From Tissierellia bacterium (GTDB taxonomy: Bacteria > Bacillota > Clostridia > Tissierellales > Sedimentibacteraceae), in NCBI GenBank assembly GCA_012518555.1, contig JAAYRW010000055.1, forward strand, positions 1 to 61,756: a stretch of 61,756 nucleotides of DNA, written 5' to 3'. The notes below the pieces were generated by a model. That model was given only the letters and a program-made list of their open reading frames with translations, searched no databases and had not been told where the DNA came from. Every line of letters starts with the position of its first letter. Positions within the stretch are counted from its first letter, which is position 1. The position numbers and the translations under genes are program-made. Shown piece after piece: positions 56,149 to 61,756 of this stretch.

Positions 56149-56832
56149 CTAGCTTTTACTTCTGAAATAATATCCGACCCCCCATTTTGTCAGTATATAT
56201 TCGTAAGCTTTATTTTTATCTTCTATTTTTTCTCTTAACCTTCTAACATGTACATCAACGGTTCTCAAGTCCCCAAAGTATTCGTAACCCCATATAACTT
56301 CTAAGAGTTCCTCTCTTGAAAATACTTTGCCAGGGTTAGTAACAAGCAGTAATAACAAATCAAATTCTTTTGCCGTAAGATTAATTTCCTGATCGTGAAG
56401 AGTTACCTTTCTACCTAAGGCATTGATTGTAAAATCATCAACAACTAAAGTTTGCTCGTTAGATTTTTGCATACTTCTTGTCCTTCTTAAAATTGCCTTT
56501 ATTCTAGCTTTAAGTTCTAAAATGTTAAAAGGCTTGGTCATATAATCGTCAGCACCGTATTCTAATCCCAATATTTTATTCATATCCTCATTATTAGACG
56601 TTAATATAATAATGGGAACGTTGGATACCTCTCGTATTTTTTGACAAAGCTCTAAACCGTCTGTATCAGGCAGTATTAAATCAAGTATTACAATATCATA
56701 CTCTGTTAAAGTGATTTTTTTTATAGCCTCATTGCAGTCAGCAGTAGATTCAACTTCATAGTTATCTTGCTCAAAGCTATATTTGAGACTTTTAATCAAC
56801 GACAGTTCATCATCTACAATCAAGACTTTCAT
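56149..56832 (-). CDS. OmpR/PhoB-family response regulator (no adjacent kinase)
   Basis: IVDDE, LDLILP, GADDYMTKPF, LTAKEFDLL, RTVDVHVRRLREKIE. Confidence 0.95.
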   Translation of the reverse strand: MKVLIVDDELSLIKSLKYSFEQDNYEVESTADCNEAIKKITLTEYDIVILDLILPDTDGLELCQKIREVSNVPIIILTSNNEDMNKILGLEYGADDYMTKPFNILELKARIKAILRRTRSMQKSNEQTLVVDDFTINALGRKVTLHDQEINLTAKEFDLLLLLVTNPGKVFSREELLEVIWGYEYFGDLRTVDVHVRRLREKIEDKNKAYEYILTKWGVGYYFRSKS

Positions 56833-56951
56833 TTGTTACGCTCCTTAAATTGTTTTGTTACAAAAATTAAACTTTTATTAATCTTACAAAAAAAACACTA
56901 GTTGTCAAGGATTATATGTCCAACTCTTGATTAGATTATTTTTGTCGTTAT

Positions 56952-57518
56952 TCAATAGACAGTTATAAATTCTTTAATGTTTTCAAAAGTTTTTTCTCCA
57001 ATTCCCTGAACATTTTTTATTTCTTCTATGGAACTGAATTTTTTAATATTTCTATATTCAATAATTCTATTGGCGTAGGCTTCTCCTATGCCTGGAAGGG
57101 TTCTTAATTGTTGGGCAGAAGCGGTATTTATGTTAATCAAATCTAATTGGCTGCTACCTGCTAATGTTTCACCGATTCCTGAAATTTCACCTTCTTCATA
57201 GATATAGATTTTCTCTCCATCAACTAATTTTCGAGCTTTATTAAGATTTTTTGTTATTGCTTCTTCCTTCAACCCACCTGCAATAGTAATGGCATCTTTA
57301 ACTCGGCTACCCTCAATTAATACATAAACCCCCGGAATATTGACAGCCCCGTCTATATCTACCCAGATGTAAGTTTCAATCTCTATTTCCATATCCCTTT
57401 CTTTAGTAAATGTTATCTCCTTTTCTTTGCCGGATAATTTAATCCCCAAAGCAGTCATAATAATTATTGCAATGATTAAAACAACGGCAAGTCCTTTTTT
57501 ATAAATGCTGTTGTCCAT
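56952..57518 (-). CDS. comEA: Competence DNA receptor ComEA
   Basis: TM, SLBB (VDIDGAV..PGVY), ININTA...L..LPGIG HhH motifs. Confidence 0.92.
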   Translation of the reverse strand: MDNSIYKKGLAVVLIIAIIIMTALGIKLSGKEKEITFTKERDMEIEIETYIWVDIDGAVNIPGVYVLIEGSRVKDAITIAGGLKEEAITKNLNKARKLVDGEKIYIYEEGEISGIGETLAGSSQLDLININTASAQQLRTLPGIGEAYANRIIEYRNIKKFSSIEEIKNVQGIGEKTFENIKEFITVY

Positions 57519-57547
57519 AGCACACCTCTAAAAATTATTCTACCTTA

Positions 57548-57602
57548 GAGAACATTCCTCCTAGCCACAAAGACTATCCCTACAAAAGGGAGGTGTGTCC
57601 CC
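57548..57602. repeat. Family 1 palindromic element
   Basis: GAGAACATTCCTCC ... GGAGGTGTGTCCCC. Confidence 0.75.
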
Positions 57603-57725
57603 TTACCTTTTACATTATACAATATTTAACTAAAAAAAACAAAATTTTTAATTACAAATTGTATATTTTCTGCTATACTATTATTTATAATTACAGGGAC
57701 TTGGGAAATGTCCCTCTATCTTCAC

Positions 57726-57773
57726 GAGGACATTCCTCCTATCCTACTGAAATGACAAAAGAGGTGTGTCCCC
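57726..57773. repeat. Family 1 palindromic element
   Basis: GAGGACATTCCTC ... GAGGTGTGTCCCC. Confidence 0.8.
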
Positions 57774-57796
57774 CCAGCATAAACAAGGAGTAACCA

Positions 57797-59080
57797 ATGA
57801 TTAAAAGAGTATTAGCATTTGTATTGATCATCTTGATTTTTTTAATTAATTTTACCCTAGTATATGGAAGTCCACCTATCCTAAGCGAATCTGCAGTCCT
57901 TATAGATGCAACTAGCGGTACTATTTTGGCTCAAAAAAATGCAGATAAAAAAATGTATCCTGCAAGTTTAACTAAAATAATGACAGCAATTATAGCTATA
58001 GAAATGGGAGAATTAACAGATATACTTACTGTAGATGAGCAAACCCCCCATGAAATAGATGGAAGCCACATAGCTTTAGAACCGGGAGAAATATTAACAT
58101 TAAAAGACTTACTCTATGCCTTGATGCTTCCTTCAGCCAACGATGCGGCATCGGTCATTGCAAAGCACTATGGAAATGATATAAATAGTTTCGCTGAAAT
58201 TATGAACGAAAAGGCACGGGAATTAGGAGCATATAACACAAATTTCGTAAACCCCCACGGTCTACACCATAGTGATCATTATACTACTGCTGTTGACATG
58301 GCCTTAATAACTAGGTATGCCATGGAAAATGAAGTGTTCAGAAAAATAGTTGAAACTATTAGGTATGAAATAAAAGTAACTAATAAAAAAGATGAACCAA
58401 GATACTTTGCAACATTAAACAGATTATTACACGATAACGGATATAATCAAATATATGTTGACGGTTTTTACATAAGTCCTTACTATGAATATGCTACAGG
58501 GGCAAAGACAGGTTACACTCCTGAGGCAGGTAACTGTTTAGCAGCAACTGCTTTTAAAGACGGAACTGAACTTATTGCCGTAACTATGAAGGGCGTTTCT
58601 TTAGAAATGTACCAGGACGTACACAACCTTTTTAATTTTGGATTTAGCGAATACGAATCTGCTACTCTAGTAAGTAAAAATACATTTATAGACAATGTTA
58701 AAATTCAAAATGGAGATTCAAAGGAAATATCTGTAATAACAGAAAGTGACCTTACTGCACTAATAAAGAAAAACTCTAAACAAAATATAAAGTCAAACGT
58801 AGTAATAGATACTATAAATTTGCCTCTTGAGAAAAATTCAGTTGTAGGAAAAATAGAATATACATTAGACAATGAAGTTATCGGCACTGTTAATTTAATT
58901 TCTCCTATATCAGTCAGTTCTACTGATTCCGAAAATCAAGGAATATTTCTCCCAATTCTTAAGTTTATAGGATATCTATTATTAGTTGCTGCAATATCTA
59001 TTATATTATTGAAAATTTACAATGACATAAGAATAAAATTAAACAGAAAAAAAAGAAAAAGAAGATATACTAATTATTAA
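57797..59080 (+). CDS. D-alanyl-D-alanine carboxypeptidase (peptidase S11)
   Basis: PASLTK (SxxK), SAN (SxN), NPHGL, KTGYT; C-terminal TM anchor. Confidence 0.95.
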   Translation: MIKRVLAFVLIILIFLINFTLVYGSPPILSESAVLIDATSGTILAQKNADKKMYPASLTKIMTAIIAIEMGELTDILTVDEQTPHEIDGSHIALEPGEILTLKDLLYALMLPSANDAASVIAKHYGNDINSFAEIMNEKARELGAYNTNFVNPHGLHHSDHYTTAVDMALITRYAMENEVFRKIVETIRYEIKVTNKKDEPRYFATLNRLLHDNGYNQIYVDGFYISPYYEYATGAKTGYTPEAGNCLAATAFKDGTELIAVTMKGVSLEMYQDVHNLFNFGFSEYESATLVSKNTFIDNVKIQNGDSKEISVITESDLTALIKKNSKQNIKSNVVIDTINLPLEKNSVVGKIEYTLDNEVIGTVNLISPISVSSTDSENQGIFLPILKFIGYLLLVAAISIILLKIYNDIRIKLNRKKRKRRYTNY

Positions 59081-59117
59081 AACAAAAAATTCAGGGAATT
59101 ACCTGAATTTTTTTGTT
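59081..59117. terminator. Bidirectional terminator
   Basis: AACAAAAAATTCAGG-loop-CCTGAATTTTTTTGTT. Confidence 0.85.
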
Positions 59118-59496
59118 ATAATACTGCTATAGCGTCTATTTCAACATTGACGTCCTTGGGGAGTCGCGATACTTCAACACATACCCTTGCTGGTTTACTG
59201 TCACCGAAAACTTCCTCGTAGATTTCGTTTATTAGACCAAACTGGTTCATATCTTTAATAAATACCGTGCATTTAACAACGTCTGCCAAACTTGCTCCTG
59301 CCTCTTCCAAAACAGCCTTTACATTCATTAATGAAATCCTTGTTTCTTCCTTTATGTCTCCCCCTTGGTACAATTCCCCTGTAGCAGGGTCTATGGGTAA
59401 TTGTCCTGAAACATATATTGTATTTCCTGCCTTAATTCCTTGGGAATATGGTCCTACTGCGGCTGGGGCCTTCTTTGTTTGTATAATACTTTTCAT
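59116..59496 (-). CDS. ridA: RidA/YjgF family imine deaminase
   Basis: [22 protein letters not shown]....EI.AIA. Confidence 0.95.
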   Translation of the reverse strand: MKSIIQTKKAPAAVGPYSQGIKAGNTIYVSGQLPIDPATGELYQGGDIKEETRISLMNVKAVLEEAGASLADVVKCTVFIKDMNQFGLINEIYEEVFGDSKPARVCVEVSRLPKDVNVEIDAIAVL

Positions 59497-59505
59497 AATA
59501 CCCTC

Positions 59506-59874
59506 CTATTTCCAATTTTTAATTCCATATTGTTCTACATTCAATGAATTATCATCATACCACAAAGATTCCAGGTCATAAATTTCCCTTTCATCTTTAT
59601 GGAATATATGGACAATAATATCGTCAGTTGCTAATAAAATCCACCTTCCTCTTTCAATACCTTCTTTATAATAAAATTCGATGCCTTCCTTTTCTCCCTT
59701 TTCAACTACTTCCTCGGCAATAGCTAGCGTTTGTTTTTCGTTATTGCCACTGCATATTATAAAATAATCGGTAATGGAGCTTATTTTAGACACATCTAAA
59801 ACCACAAAGTTATAGGCTTTTTTCTTGTCACAGGCTTTTAAAATAGTTTCCATATTTTTTTTTACTAAAGTCAT
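59506..59874 (-). CDS. rsfS: Ribosome silencing factor
   Basis: DKKA..I.VLD, DYFIICSG, EG...WIL...D.IVHIF..R..Y.LE.LW. Confidence 0.95.
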   Translation of the reverse strand: MTLVKKNMETILKACDKKKAYNFVVLDVSKISSITDYFIICSGNNEKQTLAIAEEVVEKGEKEGIEFYYKEGIERGRWILLATDDIIVHIFHKDEREIYDLESLWYDDNSLNVEQYGIKNWK

Positions 59875-60371
59875 TTCTTCTCCTTTAAATAATTTAGAGT
59901 ATTAACAGATTCTATGTTAAGTTCCATCTTTCTTTTTTTGACGTATTCTATAGTGCTTTCTAAAGACCTAATAATTGCTTCATCTAAATTGGAATATGCT
60001 ATCTTCCTTAATTCTTCCACACCGTCATAAGCCCTATTAGGCTCTATTTTATCTGCAATAAATACTATTTTCTCCAATAGAGCCATCTTTACTCTACCTG
60101 TCGTATGGTACCTTATTGCATTTATTATTTCTTCATTATCTATACCGTATTTTTCTATTGCAAGTTCAGCACTTTTTTTAGCATGACTAATGTTATCATC
60201 TTTTCCTCTTTTACCGCAGTCGTGTAATAAACCTGCAATTTTAGCTTTCTCTATATGGCCCCTATAAATTTTCGCAAGTTTTTCCGCTTCCTCCATTGTA
60301 GCTATGCTATGATTATATAATTTCTGTCCTAGATCTTTTTTTAACTCTTCTTTTAACTTCTCTAACTCCAT
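59871..60371 (-). CDS. yqeK: YqeK HD-domain Ap4A hydrolase
   Basis: HS, AGLLHDCGK, H, AIRYHTTG, FIADKIEP.R; lies between nadD and rsfS. Confidence 0.92.
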   Translation of the reverse strand: MELEKLKEELKKDLGQKLYNHSIATMEEAEKLAKIYRGHIEKAKIAGLLHDCGKRGKDDNISHAKKSAELAIEKYGIDNEEIINAIRYHTTGRVKMALLEKIVFIADKIEPNRAYDGVEELRKIAYSNLDEAIIRSLESTIEYVKKRKMELNIESVNTLNYLKEKK

Positions 60372-60386
60372 ACAACTCCTACTCAC

Positions 60387-60442
60387 GGGGACATTCCTCT
60401 AAAAACCCTCCACAAGGACTCACCTTTTTAGAGCTGTGCCCC
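60387..60442. repeat. Family 1 palindromic element
   Basis: GGGGACATTCCTCTAAAAA ... TTTTTAGAGCTGTGCCCC inserted between nadD and yqeK. Confidence 0.75.
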
Positions 60443-61051
60443 CTAGCTTTTATACAGTTTATTTTTCATTATATATTGCTCAACAGATTCAGGCAACAGA
60501 TATTTTGCAGAAATTCCCTTTTCAAATCTTCCCCTTATATCAGTTGAAGAAATCTGGAGCATGGGTACTTGCAACATTTCTATAGTTCCACCTAAGATAT
60601 TTTCTATTTCATCTATTCTTTGTCGTGCTTCCTTCATACTTATTCCAGGTCTGGAAACAGCAACTAATTTACAAAGTTTAATTACTTCCGCAGCTTCATG
60701 CCAATGAGGAAGTTCGATGATTGCATCGGCCCCTGTTATAAAATATAAGTCTGTATCCTCATAAAGCTGCCTAAAATGTTTCAAAGTATTAACGGTGTAA
60801 CTTTTATCATTCTTCCTTATTTCAAAGTCAGAAACACTGAATTTATCATTAGACAGAACAGCCATATAAACCATCATATATCTGTGAAAAGAATCTGCCC
60901 TTAACTTATCTTTATGGGGGGGATTTCCCGTAGGTACGAAAATTATTTCATCAAGATTGTATATATTTAATACTTCATTAGCTACTACTAAATGTCCTAA
61001 ATGTATTGGGTCAAAAGAACCACCCATTATTCCTACTTTTCTTTTTTTCAT
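60443..61051 (-). CDS. nadD: Nicotinate-nucleotide adenylyltransferase
   Basis: GGSFDPIHLGH, PPHK, SYT, FITGAD, ISSTDIR. Confidence 0.96.
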   Translation of the reverse strand: MKKRKVGIMGGSFDPIHLGHLVVANEVLNIYNLDEIIFVPTGNPPHKDKLRADSFHRYMMVYMAVLSNDKFSVSDFEIRKNDKSYTVNTLKHFRQLYEDTDLYFITGADAIIELPHWHEAAEVIKLCKLVAVSRPGISMKEARQRIDEIENILGGTIEMLQVPMLQISSTDIRGRFEKGISAKYLLPESVEQYIMKNKLYKS

Positions 61052-61053
61052 TT

Positions 61054-61755
61054 TTATCCTCTTCTTTTAATAAAAGTATACAGCGCACCTGCAAAGATTA
61101 TCAATAAAGTAAGTATACTTTCACCAGCCCTTATATTATTAAACATGAAGTTTCCCATAGATGAGCCTAAACTTGCTGAAAACATATAAGGAAAATATTT
61201 TTTAACTTTACTGTTATTAACTGATTTTATTCTTTCTACCAAGTAACTTCTTCCATCATAGTAACCTTTTATGAAACCTCTGTAAGAAATAATTATTATA
61301 TATAAGGCTAACAAAGATATAGGTAGAAGGGCCAAGTAGTAGCTACCGTCTAAACAAAGCATTAAAGACATGGAAATGAATAAAGGGGTCAATACTACTT
61401 GAGTAAAAGAATCTCCTAAGCCGGCTGCTATTCCCATCATTCCCTTTTTTATGTAGGAAATATTTGCCTGGTCAAAACTTTGATTGTTTAACATTCTTTC
61501 TTCTTCTAAGGCAATTATATAGCCGTGGATGGGAGTTCCCATATTAGGCTCTGTATTAAAAAATTCTGCATGATTATGGATTGCTTCTCTTATAATGTTT
61601 TTGTCCTTATATAGTTTTTTGAAAATATTTTTCATACTGTGGGCAAAGGCCATGCCCATAAGTCGTTCATAACTATAGCAAGAGTGAGAGAAGTTTTTCC
61701 ATATAAACCATGAATATACTAAATCTCTTTTTCTTATAACTTTGTTCTTTTGAAT
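61054..61755 (-). CDS. PTS mannose/fructose/sorbose family IID component (5' end beyond the window)
   Basis: Frame is open to the edge; YERLMG, H.EFFNTEP, K.GMMG..AGLGDS. Confidence 0.85.
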   Translation of the reverse strand: MQKNKVIRKRDLVYSWFIWKNFSHSCYSYERLMGMAFAHSMKNIFKKLYKDKNIIREAIHNHAEFFNTEPNMGTPIHGYIIALEEERMLNNQSFDQANISYIKKGMMGIAAGLGDSFTQVVLTPLFISMSLMLCLDGSYYLALLPISLLALYIIIISYRGFIKGYYDGRSYLVERIKSVNNSKVKKYFPYMFSASLGSSMGNFMFNNIRAGESILTLLIIFAGALYTFIKRRG

Positions 61756-61756
61756 A

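Noticed and set aside
57520-57780. CRISPR-like repeat cluster
   Set aside because: The repeats are inverted pairs with irregular spacing, not direct repeats with uniform spacers; no cas genes.
57593-57793. Plus-strand 66-aa ORF
   Set aside because: Begins and ends in family 1 repeat arms and spans divergent promoters; probably spurious.

Overview
AT-rich chromosomal core region of an anaerobic, spore-forming Firmicute (Clostridia/Tissierellia-like; the taxon is inferred from gene content only). Almost all genes lie on the minus strand. Housekeeping and division blocks are yloC (partial), rqcH, pyrR-rluD-lspA-ylmH-ylmG-sepF-yggS, spoIVA-gpsA-plsY-der, ricT-holB-darA-tmk-yaaO, bofA, pncA-pncB, mreBCD-pbp2-maf-radC, nrdR, comEA, dac and nadD-yqeK-rsfS. 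Energy and redox genes include a complete rnfCDGEAB operon directly downstream of a six-gene DRTGG/kinase/[FeFe]-hydrogenase-like/PHP/HATPase module that has no hydABC-type catalytic genes, a ferredoxin missed by the ORF track, and a Tat-lipoprotein flavin oxidoreductase with an FMN-binding lipoprotein and EetA/EetB-like genes. RNA genes are tRNA-Leu(GAG) and a stand-alone tRNA-Sec. I saw no transposase, prophage or CRISPR array. The most notable items are the hydrogenase-sensor-like module coupled to Rnf, a probable non-canonical ATC start for spoIVA, a dispersed GGGGACATTCCTC...GAGGTGTGTCCCC palindrome family whose arms supply stop codons and RBSs to host genes, two unannotated hydrophobic small ORFs, a membrane pseudokinase, and a degenerate MinD without minC/minE. 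All calls come from reading the sequence and recalled family motifs; no searches were run.
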